From an uncultured Acidimicrobiales bacterium (GTDB taxonomy: Bacteria > Actinomycetota > Acidimicrobiia > Acidimicrobiales > CALAML01), in assembly GCA_937925845.1 (NCBI GenBank), contig CALAML010000150.1:8235-72234 (forward strand): 64,000 nucleotides of DNA, given 5' to 3'. The position numbers were made by a program, and so were the translations under genes. How positions within the stretch are numbered: position 1 is the stretch's first letter; every line of letters begins with the position of its first letter. Of this stretch, positions 53,999 through 62,811 are shown piece after piece. The notes under the pieces were generated by a model. The model saw only the letters and a program-made list of their open reading frames with translations, made no database searches and was not told the origin of the DNA.

Positions 53999-55066
53999 GT
54001 GGCCACCATCGTGCCCTGCCTGGCCCCGATCGGCCCGCTTGATCCGGAGCCCGAAGCCGCCGATAACACCGGTTCCGGCGTCTTACGACCCGCGCCCGGC
54101 CAAGCCACCATCACCATCTTGTTGTCGACCCACAACGGTGACCGTCATCTTGGCGCGCAGCTGCAGAGCATTGCGGACCAGACCGACCGGGACTGGCGGT
54201 TGCTGGTGCACGACGACGGTTCGACCGACGGGACCAGAGCGGTTGCGGCCCGGTTCTGCGCCAGCGACGAACGCATCGAGATCCTCCCCCGCCTCACCAA
54301 CACGACCAACACCGGCTCGGTGGCCGAGATCTACCTCCGCCTTCTCGCCGTGGTCGAAACTCCCTTCTTCGCCTTCGCCGATCAGGACGACGTCTGGCTG
54401 CCCGACAAACTCGCCAACCAACGGGCCCACCTCAAGGCCGCGGGCCTCGCCGACGGCAACCGGGTGGCCATGGTGGCCTGCGATGCCCAACCCGTTGATG
54501 ACCGACTGCGGCCCAGCGGCGCCACGGTCCGGCGGCGCCAGTCCTATCGCTCGTTCGCCGAAGTCACCCTGGCCCGGCTGTTGATGGCCAACCCGATCCC
54601 CGGCAACACCATCATGGGCACCCGGGCCTTGGCCCAGATGGCCACCGCCGGAGCCGGTCGGGCCCCCATGCACGACTGGTGGGTGACTCTTTGTGCCGCG
54701 GCCCACGATGGCCTGATCGGCATCGAGAGCACCGGCGTGCTCTACCGCCAGCACGATGCCAACGCCTTCGGCACCCCGCCGGGTCTGGCCGATCGCGTGC
54801 GCAACCTGAACCGTCGACCCCTGGTTGAGCGCACCGCAGCGATCCTCAAACCGGTGGCCGCTCAGGCCGCGCTGGCGCGGTCGGTCTGGCCCACGCCACT
54901 GGTTGAGCGCCACGACAAACTGCTCGCCGCGGTAGCGGCTTGTGGGGATGAGGCCACCGACCTGCGCCGGGCCCTCATGACCTGTTGGCTACTTGGCGCT
55001 CAGCTACGGCCCTGGCCCAGCCACCTGGCCCTGATCAACGGGGCCAAAGACGGTTCAGACGCCTGA
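53999..55066 (+). CDS. GT2-family glycosyltransferase (rhamnosyltransferase-like)
   Basis: 'ITILLSTHNGDRHLGAQLQSIADQT...LLVHDDGSTDGT' and 'FAFADQDDVWLPDK' (DxD). Confidence 0.85.
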   Translation: MATIVPCLAPIGPLDPEPEAADNTGSGVLRPAPGQATITILLSTHNGDRHLGAQLQSIADQTDRDWRLLVHDDGSTDGTRAVAARFCASDERIEILPRLTNTTNTGSVAEIYLRLLAVVETPFFAFADQDDVWLPDKLANQRAHLKAAGLADGNRVAMVACDAQPVDDRLRPSGATVRRRQSYRSFAEVTLARLLMANPIPGNTIMGTRALAQMATAGAGRAPMHDWWVTLCAAAHDGLIGIESTGVLYRQHDANAFGTPPGLADRVRNLNRRPLVERTAAILKPVAAQAALARSVWPTPLVERHDKLLAAVAACGDEATDLRRALMTCWLLGAQLRPWPSHLALINGAKDGSDA

Positions 55067-55429
55067 GGCCGCGGCTTCGACAGCCACGTCAAACTCCAAC
55101 AGGGTTGCGCCCATACTGACCGGGCCACCCTCGCTCGGCTTATCCTCGCCGCCGTCGCCCTTTTCAGCGTCGGCCTTTTCGCCCTCGGAAGGTCCGGCAT
55201 GGGCGTTACGGGCCCCTTCGCCGTCCCGCCAGGCGGCGTAGGCCTCTTCGTCGGACCAGCGGGTGTAGACAAACCAGCGGGTCTCCGCCTCGCCGGTGGG
55301 GCGGAGCAACTCAAACCCCTCGAAGCCGGCGACGTCGGCCAGGCCGTCGGCCCGAGCGGCAAACCGCTTGGCGATCTCATCGCCAGCCTGGGGTGGAACA
55401 TTTAGCGCGTTGATTCTCACGATGCTCAT
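55055..55429 (-). CDS. ABM-domain (antibiotic biosynthesis monooxygenase / IsdG-like) protein with acidic tail
   Basis: C-terminal part of ORF 55055..55939, beginning at ATG 55429: 'MSIVRINALNVPPQAGDEIAKRFA...GFEGFELLRP...WFVYTRWSDEEAYAAW'. The upstream part of that ORF is antisense to the NTF2 gene. Confidence 0.75.
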   Translation of the reverse strand: MSIVRINALNVPPQAGDEIAKRFAARADGLADVAGFEGFELLRPTGEAETRWFVYTRWSDEEAYAAWRDGEGARNAHAGPSEGEKADAEKGDGGEDKPSEGGPVSMGATLLEFDVAVEAAASGV

Positions 55430-55447
55430 CAGAAGTAGAGTAACCCC

Positions 55448-56377
55448 ATGGGGGACTACAGCAACGACGAAGTGGCAGCCGCATTTGCCGAGTATCGGCG
55501 TCTCGGGGTGGGAGAACACGACTGGCCCGGCTGGGCCAACCTGTTCACCGAAGAGGCGACCTACATCGAGCATTTCCTGGGCAACTACACCGGACGGGAC
55601 CAGATCCGCGAGTGGATCGTTTCGTGTATGGACGAATACGCCAACATGAGCCTGTGGATGGACTGGTGGGTTGTCGAAGACGACCGGGTCGCCCTCTACA
55701 TCTGGAACAACCTCCCCGACCCGACCGGCACCGGAAAGCGCTACGGCTTCCCCAACACCACCGTGTTGCACTACGCCGGAGAACGTCAGTGGGACTACGA
55801 AGAGGACTTCTACAACCCCGCCGACGCCACCCGGGTCTGGACCGAATGGTTCAACGACGGCGGCCGGCCCGATACCCCGATCGACCGAAGCCTGCAAGGC
55901 ATCGACGACTGGGCCCCCGCGGTGCCGACCACTCCCCATTCACGCGACGAGGTCGAAACAGAGTTCCACGCCTACGCCGCCCGCGGCGCGCTGGCGGTAA
56001 AGACCGGCGACTGGCATCAATGGGCCGATCAGTTCACCGACGATGCCCGCTACCGCGAGCACCACTACGGCACGTTTAACGGCCAGGGCGAAATTCGCAA
56101 GTGGATCACCGAAACCATGGGCCCCTTCCCCGAGATGTTCTTCCCTGTCGACCACTACCTGATCGACGGCAACCGGGTGGTGGCGGCGATCCCCAACAAA
56201 CTGCCTGACCCCACCGGCGGCGACACCGAATACGCCTTCAACGTGCATGTGATCCTGCACTACGCCGGAAACGGGAAGTGGAGCTACGAAGAAGACGTGT
56301 ACAACCCCAAAGAAGCCCACAACTGCGTGGGCTCCTGGGTGAAAGCCGGCGGCACCCCACCGGGCGCGGCCTCCTAA
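55448..56377 (+). CDS. tandem SnoaL/NTF2-like domain protein
   Basis: Two ~150-aa halves with the same pattern: 'ATYIEHFLGNYTGRDQIREWI...PDPTGTGKRYGFPNTTVLHYAGERQWDYEEDFYNP' and 'ARYREHHYGTFNGQGEIRKWI...PDPTGGDTEYAFNVHVILHYAGNGKWSYEEDVYNP'. Confidence 0.7.
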   Translation: MGDYSNDEVAAAFAEYRRLGVGEHDWPGWANLFTEEATYIEHFLGNYTGRDQIREWIVSCMDEYANMSLWMDWWVVEDDRVALYIWNNLPDPTGTGKRYGFPNTTVLHYAGERQWDYEEDFYNPADATRVWTEWFNDGGRPDTPIDRSLQGIDDWAPAVPTTPHSRDEVETEFHAYAARGALAVKTGDWHQWADQFTDDARYREHHYGTFNGQGEIRKWITETMGPFPEMFFPVDHYLIDGNRVVAAIPNKLPDPTGGDTEYAFNVHVILHYAGNGKWSYEEDVYNPKEAHNCVGSWVKAGGTPPGAAS

Positions 56378-56443
56378 CGAAGGCGCAGCGCTACTACCTC
56401 ACTGCAACTGCACTGCGCTACAACTGCACTGCTACTGCTGCGG

Positions 56444-58162
56444 CTAGCGGTAGCCGTTGGTGATGGGCAGGCGCCGGTCCTTGCCGAAGGCCTTCGGGGT
56501 GATCCGGGCCCCGGGCGGGCTCTGGCGACGCTTGTACTCAGCCCGGTCGATCAGGCCGGTGATGCGGCGGACCGTATCGGGATCGAACCCGGCATCGATC
56601 AGTTCATCGATGGTGCCGTCGCCCTCCACGTAAGCCTCGATAATCGGGTCGAGTTCGTCGTAGGGCGGCAGGCTCTGATCGTCGCGCTGGTCGGGCCGCA
56701 GCTCCGCTGATGGTGGCTTGTCGATCACGCCGTTCGGGATGATCTCCTTGCCAGCCCGGCGGTTGTAGTCGCGACACAACTCGTAGACGACGGTCTTGGG
56801 CACATCCTTGATGCAGGCGTACCCGCCGGCGGTGTCGCCATACAACGTTGAATAGCCGACCGCGGTCTCGCTCTTGTTGCCGGTGGTCAACACCATCCAA
56901 CCCAACTTGTTCGACAGCGCCATCAACAACACGCCCCGGATCCGGCTCTGCAGATTCTCCTCGGTGACGTCTTCTTCCTTGCCCTCAAAGGACGGGGCCA
57001 GCATCGACTCGAACGCTTTGTGGGCATCCTCGATGGCGATGGTGCGGAAGTCGATACCCAAGTTGTCGCACAACAGCTCGGCGTCGCTCTTGGAGTGGTC
57101 GCTCGAGTAACGCGACGGCATCGAAACGCCGTGGACGTTCTCCGGGCCGAGCGCATCAGCGGCAATCACCGCACAAATCGTGGAGTCGATGCCGCCCGAC
57201 ATACCGATCACGACCTCGCTGAATCCGTTCTTGCGCACGTAATCCCGGGTGGCCAACACCAAGGCCTCCCACAGCTCCTGGGGTTCCGGAATGGCCGGGG
57301 TGACGGTCAGGGGATAGTCGCCAGCGGGATGATCGTCGCGGCGACCGGTGATCGCCAACACCTCCAGAGCGTCGCTGGCCGAGCGGTGGCGAGGATCGTA
57401 CAGCGGGCTGGTGAGCGACGGCCGCAGCGGCAGGTCAACAATCATCACCTGCTCCTCAAACTGGGCGGCGCGAGCCACAAGATCGCCGGCGGAGTCAAAC
57501 ACCATCGACGTACCGTCGTAGATCACCTCGTCCTGACCGCCCACGATGTTCACGTACACCACCGCGCTGGCGGCGTCGGCGGCCCGGGTAGCCAAGGTGC
57601 GCTCCCGCAGCTCAAGCTTGTCCCGGTGATAGGGCGACCCGTTGATACTCACGATCAGCTCGGCGCCACCCGCGGCCAGGTCGACGATCGGACCATGGGG
57701 GACCCAGGCGTCCTCGCAAACGATCATGCCGGTGCGCACCCCCGCCACCTCAAAGAGCTGAAGGTCGCCGTGGCCAGGGGTGAAGTAGCGCTCCTCATCA
57801 AAGACCGCATAGTTGGGAAGGGCCCGCTTCTGGTAGGTGCCGATCACCTTGCCCTGGGCACACATCGCGGCCGAGTTGAACAGGCCATCGGCCCGCTCGA
57901 CAAAGCCGGTCACCGCGGCGCAACGCATATCGGCGGTGGCGGCGGCGAACCGTTCGAGGGCGGCGATGTTGTCGTCGACAAAGCCGTGCTTGAGGACCAG
58001 GTCCTCCGGCGCGTAGCCGCAGGCTCCGAGTTCGCTGAACACGGCCAGGTCGGCACCCGCGGCTTCGGCCTCGCGCAACGCCTCGATGGCGCGGTCGGTG
58101 TTGGCCTCGAGGGCACCGACTTTGAAGTTGAGCTGACAGAGGGCGATCCGAATGTTCTTCAC
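56444..58162 (-). CDS. nadE: glutamine-dependent NAD+ synthetase
   Basis: N-terminal CN-hydrolase domain ('IALCQLN...VFSEL...IVCEDAW') plus C-terminal PP-loop 'VIGMSGGIDS'. 572 aa. Confidence 0.9.
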   Translation of the reverse strand: MKNIRIALCQLNFKVGALEANTDRAIEALREAEAAGADLAVFSELGACGYAPEDLVLKHGFVDDNIAALERFAAATADMRCAAVTGFVERADGLFNSAAMCAQGKVIGTYQKRALPNYAVFDEERYFTPGHGDLQLFEVAGVRTGMIVCEDAWVPHGPIVDLAAGGAELIVSINGSPYHRDKLELRERTLATRAADAASAVVYVNIVGGQDEVIYDGTSMVFDSAGDLVARAAQFEEQVMIVDLPLRPSLTSPLYDPRHRSASDALEVLAITGRRDDHPAGDYPLTVTPAIPEPQELWEALVLATRDYVRKNGFSEVVIGMSGGIDSTICAVIAADALGPENVHGVSMPSRYSSDHSKSDAELLCDNLGIDFRTIAIEDAHKAFESMLAPSFEGKEEDVTEENLQSRIRGVLLMALSNKLGWMVLTTGNKSETAVGYSTLYGDTAGGYACIKDVPKTVVYELCRDYNRRAGKEIIPNGVIDKPPSAELRPDQRDDQSLPPYDELDPIIEAYVEGDGTIDELIDAGFDPDTVRRITGLIDRAEYKRRQSPPGARITPKAFGKDRRLPITNGYR

Positions 58163-58213
58163 CCGTTCAGCGTATCCAGCTACGGGTTTTGATGGCTCGG
58201 CCCGACGGCTCGA

Positions 58214-59224
58214 CTACCAGCTGACCTCGTGACACCCGGTGTGATCGTTCGGCTCCACCTGGAAGGTGGCGTGGTCGATGCCGTAGCCGGCACCCACCAA
58301 CTCGCGAGCCCGATCCAGCACCTGATGATGATCAACCCCGGCATCACACATCAGGTGCGCCGACATCGCTTCCATCTCCGAGGTGAGGGTCCACACATGC
58401 AGGTCGTGGACCTCGACCACACCCGGTAGCTCAGCCAGTTCCTGGTGCAGGGCATCGAGGTCGACCGAGGCCGGGGCCGCCTGCAACAACACCCGCACCG
58501 CCTCGCCGCCAAGCTTCCAGGACCGCGGCAGAATCCACACGCCGATGGCTACGGCCACCACCGGATCAACCCACGACCAGCCAAACAGCTGAAGGGCAAC
58601 ACCGGCGATGATCACCCCGACCGAACCGATCGCGTCGGCCAACACCTCAAGATACGCACCCTGCATGTTGAGCGAATCCTTCGAACCCTCCCGCAGCAGG
58701 GCGAAGGCCACCCCGTTGGCGGCCAAACCCAGCACCGCCACCACCAGCATCGGCCCAGCTACCACCTCCGACTCACCGCCGAAGAGGCGGCCGACGGCCT
58801 CGATCATCACGTAGATGGCGACCCCGAACAGCAACAGCGAGTTCACGAAGGCGGCGAGGATCTCCAGGCGATAAAGGCCAAAGGTGTTGCGGGTCGTTTC
58901 CCCGGCTGCTTTGCGCTGCTCATGACGGTTGGCCAGGGTGATGGCGGCCAGAGCCATGCCCAGACCGATGACATCGGTGAGCATGTGACCGGCATCGGAG
59001 AGCAATGCCAGCGAGTTGGTCCACAGCCCGGCGACGGCTTCGACCACAAAGAACACGCCGATGATGACAAACGCGTAGGTGAGCGGGCGGATATGGCGAG
59101 CCCCGGCCCGGGCCAGGCTCGGCCCATGGCTGTGCCCATGACCGCCGTGGCTATGTTCACTACCGCCATGGCTGTGCCCACTACCGCTGTGGTCGTGGTT
59201 GTGTTCGCCGTGGCTGTGCGCCAC
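58214..59224 (-). CDS. cation-diffusion-facilitator metal exporter (CzcD/ZitB-like) with His-rich N-terminus
   Basis: 'MAHSHGEHNHDHSGSGHSHGGSEHSHGGHGHSHG'. TM helices with 'LLSDAGHMLTDV' (HxxxD) and 'EVLADAIGSVGV'. The C-terminal cytoplasmic domain carries 'VHDLHVW'. Confidence 0.85.
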   Translation of the reverse strand: MAHSHGEHNHDHSGSGHSHGGSEHSHGGHGHSHGPSLARAGARHIRPLTYAFVIIGVFFVVEAVAGLWTNSLALLSDAGHMLTDVIGLGMALAAITLANRHEQRKAAGETTRNTFGLYRLEILAAFVNSLLLFGVAIYVMIEAVGRLFGGESEVVAGPMLVVAVLGLAANGVAFALLREGSKDSLNMQGAYLEVLADAIGSVGVIIAGVALQLFGWSWVDPVVAVAIGVWILPRSWKLGGEAVRVLLQAAPASVDLDALHQELAELPGVVEVHDLHVWTLTSEMEAMSAHLMCDAGVDHHQVLDRARELVGAGYGIDHATFQVEPNDHTGCHEVSW

Positions 59225-59369
59225 TGTCAGCTCGCTTCGTTGATCATTGGGTTCTCTCTACAGAGTTTCGACGTTTTGGGCGCCGGGCTGAACCTCCGAG
59301 GTACCACGCAGTCTACGAGGCTCCTGTCAGGGGCTGGTTCGGTGGCCGCCAAATTGAACCCAGCGCGGG

Positions 59370-59407
59370 TTAACACAGCGTTCACAGAGGGGCAACGGTT
59401 CGGAAAT
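59370..59407 (+). promoter_or_regulatory. candidate GlnR operator: four pentamers at exact 11-bp spacing
   Basis: TTAAC(59370)-n6-TTCAC(59381)-n6-GCAAC(59392)-n6-GAAAT(59403), 104-141 nt upstream of the glnII GTG. It resembles the actinomycete GlnR box gTnAC-n6-GaAAC-n6-GtnAC-n6-GAAAC. Confidence 0.5.
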
Positions 59408-59510
59408 CCGTGGAGCCCAGACTTTTCAGACCACCCGAACCGCCAGTAGGTTCGACGGTTGCGCCCCTTCTGCGGCGCTACCCCCAGACACAGAAGTTGG
59501 AGAAACCAAC

Positions 59511-60530
59511 GTGGCATACCGCGCTGAATACATCTGGATCGATGGCACCGAGCCGACGGCGGAAGTTCGCTCGAAGACCAAGATCATCGACGGGCCGGTC
59601 GTAAAGACCCCGGCCAAGCTCTCGATCTGGGGCTTTGACGGCTCCAGCACCAACCAGGCGACCGGTGACAACTCCGATGTTGTCCTCAAGCCGGTCTTCG
59701 TCTGCCCCGACCCGATCCGCGGCGGCGACAACATCCTGGTGCTTTGCGAGACGCTGCTCACCGAAGACTTGAGCCCGCACCCAACCAACACCCGCGCCGC
59801 CGCCGTCGCCGCTCTCAAGAAGCACAAGAAGCACGAGCCCTGGTTCGGCCTCGAGCAGGAATACACCCTGATGAAGGGCGGATGGCCCTACGGCTTCCCG
59901 ACCCAGGGTTTCCCCGGCCCCCAGGGCCCCTACTACTGCGGCGTCGGCGCGGTGAAGATCGTCGGCCGTGAACTGGTCGAGCGCCACACCACCGCCTGCA
60001 TGGAAGCTGGCCTCAAGATCGCCGGAACCAACGCCGAAGTCATGCCCGGCCAGTGGGAATTCCAGATCGGCCCTGCCGACACCGTCGAGGTTGGCGACCA
60101 CCTGTGGATGGCCCGCTACCTGCTCTACCGCATCGCCGAAGAATACGGCGTTGAAGTCTCCATCGAAGCCAAGCCGATGAAGGGCGACTGGAACGGTGCC
60201 GGCATGCACACCAACTTCAGCACCAAGAAGATGCGCTCGAACTACGACGCCATCGAAACCGCAGCCAAGTCCCTCGGCGGCAAAGCCAAGATCAAGGAAC
60301 ACCTTGCGGGCTACGGCCAGGGCATCGAGGACCGCCTGACCGGCGACCACGAAACCCAGCGCTTCGACAAGTACAGCTACGGCGTGTCCGACCGCGGCGC
60401 CTCGGTGCGCATCCCGTGGCAGGTCCACCAGGACCAGAAGGGCTACATCGAAGATCGTCGCCCCAACGCCAACGCCGACCCGTACGTGGTGGCTACCCTC
60501 ATCACCAACACCGTCTGCGAAGCGCTCTAA
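59511..60530 (+). CDS. glnII: glutamine synthetase type II
   Basis: 'AYRAEYIWIDGTEPTAEVRSKTKII' is the GSII N-terminus seen in Streptomyces/Frankia GlnII. 339 aa. GGAGAAACCAAC precedes the GTG start. Confidence 0.9.
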   Translation: MAYRAEYIWIDGTEPTAEVRSKTKIIDGPVVKTPAKLSIWGFDGSSTNQATGDNSDVVLKPVFVCPDPIRGGDNILVLCETLLTEDLSPHPTNTRAAAVAALKKHKKHEPWFGLEQEYTLMKGGWPYGFPTQGFPGPQGPYYCGVGAVKIVGRELVERHTTACMEAGLKIAGTNAEVMPGQWEFQIGPADTVEVGDHLWMARYLLYRIAEEYGVEVSIEAKPMKGDWNGAGMHTNFSTKKMRSNYDAIETAAKSLGGKAKIKEHLAGYGQGIEDRLTGDHETQRFDKYSYGVSDRGASVRIPWQVHQDQKGYIEDRRPNANADPYVVATLITNTVCEAL

Positions 60531-60565
60531 CAACCCTCGCTTCTGCACGATTGAGACTCGATATC

Positions 60566-60595
60566 GGGGGAGGCGCTTGAGAGAGTGCCTCCCCC
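60566..60595 (+). terminator. stem-loop terminator after glnII
   Basis: GGGGGAGGC-gcttgagagagt-GCCTCCCCC forms a 9-bp GC stem starting 36 nt after the glnII stop. No strong U-tract follows, which is common in high-GC actinobacteria. Confidence 0.6.
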
Positions 60596-60679
60596 GAGTC
60601 GCGTTCGAAACAGCAGCATTTTTGCCGATAGAAGCTCTATCAAAAGAGCGATGGGCCCCGCCAAGAAAGGCCACCGCCG

Positions 60680-62032
60680 GTGACACGTGAAACAAAGAGG
60701 GAGACCGACTACGTTCTCCGCAAAGTTGAAGAGCGTGGCGTACGGCTCGTTCGCCTGTGGTTCACCGACGTGCTCGGTCAACTCAAATCCGTGGCCATCT
60801 CCCCGGCCGAACTCGAGAACGCCCTCGAAGAGGGCATGCAGGTCGACGGCTCCGCCATCGATGGCTTCAGCCGCATCCAGGAAAGCGATGTGCTGCTGAA
60901 GCCCGACCCCGAAACCTTCGAAACACTGCCCTGGGGCGACCCCAACGAGGTGTCGGCCCGCATGTTCTGCGACGTGTTGACCCCAACCGGCAACCCGTTC
61001 GAAGGCGATCCCCGTCAAGTGCTGCGCCGCAACCTCGACCGGGCCCACGACCTCGGCTACAGCTTCCTCGTAGCCCCGGAGATGGAGTACTTCTACTTCG
61101 CCAACGGCGACCCCACCAGCCCGCCCCAACCCCTCGACAGCGGCTCCTACTTCGACCTCACCACCCTCGACGTCGCCGACGACATCCGCAAACGCACCCT
61201 CGGCATGCTCGAGGCGATGGGCATTCCGGTCGAATACTCCTTCCACGAAGACGCCCCCAGCCAGCACGAGATCGACCTGCGTTACACCGACGCTCTCACC
61301 ATGGCCGACAACGTGATGACCTTCCGGCTCACCGTTCGCGAAATCGCCTACGAGCGCGGGGCCTACGCCACCTTCATGCCCAAGCCCCTCTCAGGCGTGC
61401 AGGGCTCCGGCATGCACACCCACCTGTCGCTCTTCGACACCACCGGTGAAAACAACGCCTTCCATGACCCCAGCACCGAGCTTGGCCTCTCGACCGTTGG
61501 CCGCCAGTTCATCGCCGGCCTCCTGGTCCACGCCCCCGAAATCACCGCTGTCACCAACCAACTAGTCAACTCCTACAAGCGGCTGATCGTCGGCTACGAA
61601 GCACCCACCTACGTGAGTTGGGCCCGCAACAACCGATCGGCTCTGGTGCGAGTACCGATCACCAAGCCCGAAAAGTCGACCTCCACCCGCATCGAATACC
61701 GAGCCCCCGACCCAGCATGCAACCCCTACCTGGCCTTCTCCTGCATGCTTGCCGCCGGCCTCAAAGGCATCGAAGAGGGCTACGAACTCGGGCCCGAATC
61801 ATCGAACAACGTCTTCGAGATGAGCGACTCCGAGCGCCGCGACGCTGGCATCGAACCACTGCCCCAGTCGCTCGATGCCGCGCTGCGAGCCATGGAAGGC
61901 TCCAGCCTCGTGGCCGAAACCCTCGGGGAACACATCTTTGAATGGTTCCTGCGAAACAAGAGGGCCGAGTGGCGCGACTACAAAGCCCATGTGAGCCAGT
62001 TCGAACTCGATCGCTACCTCCAGGCCTGGTAG
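60680..62032 (+). CDS. glnA: glutamine synthetase type I (GlnA/GlnA2-like)
   Basis: 'VRLWFTDVLGQLKSVAI', 'VDGSAIDGF', 'FHEDAPSQHEIDL' and 'GSGMHTHLSL'. 450 aa. Confidence 0.9.
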   Translation: MTRETKRETDYVLRKVEERGVRLVRLWFTDVLGQLKSVAISPAELENALEEGMQVDGSAIDGFSRIQESDVLLKPDPETFETLPWGDPNEVSARMFCDVLTPTGNPFEGDPRQVLRRNLDRAHDLGYSFLVAPEMEYFYFANGDPTSPPQPLDSGSYFDLTTLDVADDIRKRTLGMLEAMGIPVEYSFHEDAPSQHEIDLRYTDALTMADNVMTFRLTVREIAYERGAYATFMPKPLSGVQGSGMHTHLSLFDTTGENNAFHDPSTELGLSTVGRQFIAGLLVHAPEITAVTNQLVNSYKRLIVGYEAPTYVSWARNNRSALVRVPITKPEKSTSTRIEYRAPDPACNPYLAFSCMLAAGLKGIEEGYELGPESSNNVFEMSDSERRDAGIEPLPQSLDAALRAMEGSSLVAETLGEHIFEWFLRNKRAEWRDYKAHVSQFELDRYLQAW

Positions 62033-62706
62033 TGGACCCCCTGCTCGTCTACCCCGACCCGCCGCCGCGGGAGCTGGTCCAAACCCTGGACCTGGCCGGC
62101 TACGCCTGGGAACCCCTGGGCGGCGACGGCAGCGACGTGGTTGGCGACAGCTGGGCCGGCGCCATCGTGTGCGCCAATGAAGACCCCGAAGGGGCCTGGG
62201 CGGTGTGTCGAGCCCTGCGAAAAAGAGAGGTTCCCATCGAGCCGCTTCTGCTGCTGGTGGCCGGCACCCAACTCGACGAACTCGACCTCCGCAACGAGCT
62301 CTTCGACGACTTCTGCCTGGCCCCGTTCCACCCGCGAGAACTCGAAGCCCGCATGCGACACCTGTCGTGGCGCACCGGCCAGGAGACCCGACCCGACACC
62401 GTCGAATACGGCCCCCTCGCCCTCAACCTCGAGACCTACCAGGCCGCCCTCGACGGTGAACCGCTCGACCTCACCTACATGGAATACGAGCTGCTCACCT
62501 TCCTCGCCTCCAACCCCGGCAAAGTCTTCAGCCGCGACACGCTGCTAAGCCGCGTGTGGGGTTATGAGTACTACGGCGGCGCCAGAACCGTCGACGTTCA
62601 CATCCGCCGCCTCCGCGCCAAACTCGGCGAAAAACACTCCGGCCTCATCAACACCGTCCGCTCCGTCGGCTACAGCTTCGGCCAATCCCGCTGGGGAGGG
62701 CTCTAA
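62032..62706 (+). CDS. glnR: OmpR-family orphan response regulator GlnR (global nitrogen regulator)
   Basis: ORF opens at 61942 inside glnA. The in-frame GTG 62032 overlaps the glnA stop by 1 nt. The winged helix 'LDLTYMEYELLTFLASNPGKVFSRDTLLSRVWGYEYYGGARTVDVHIRRLRAKLG...TVRSVGYSF' closely resembles Streptomyces GlnR as I recall it. The location next to glnA fits. Confidence 0.85.
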   Translation: MDPLLVYPDPPPRELVQTLDLAGYAWEPLGGDGSDVVGDSWAGAIVCANEDPEGAWAVCRALRKREVPIEPLLLLVAGTQLDELDLRNELFDDFCLAPFHPRELEARMRHLSWRTGQETRPDTVEYGPLALNLETYQAALDGEPLDLTYMEYELLTFLASNPGKVFSRDTLLSRVWGYEYYGGARTVDVHIRRLRAKLGEKHSGLINTVRSVGYSFGQSRWGGL

Positions 62707-62721
62707 CTGCCCTCCGGGCCA

Positions 62722-62811
62722 GCCGTTGCACGGAGCTTTTGGCTGGCCTTTGGGCCTTACTTACACTTTGGCGCTTTGGGTTACGCCTTACGCCGCGCCT
62801 GGCAGCTGCGC
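62722..62811 (+). repeat. short (internally deleted) copy of the ~230-bp structured intergenic repeat
   Basis: Contains GGAGCTTTTGGCTGGCCTTTGG joined directly to CCTTACTTACACTTTGGCGCTTTGGGTTACGCCTTACGCCGC and the TGGCAGCTGCGC boundary word. Confidence 0.8.

Noticed and set aside
56378-56443. Short imperfect direct repeats (ACTGCAACTGCACTGC / CTACAACTGCACTGC) between the convergent NTF2-like and nadE genes, considered as a terminator or sRNA.
   Set aside because: I could draw only a weak 6-bp inverted repeat (GCGCAG...CTGCGC). There is no convincing stem-loop, so it is probably simple sequence slippage.
60596-60679. A second GlnR box upstream of glnA (around GTTCGAAAC at ~60603-60612).
   Set aside because: Only one b-site-like pentamer is present. 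The partner pentamers at 11-bp spacing do not fit the consensus, so the evidence is not strong enough.
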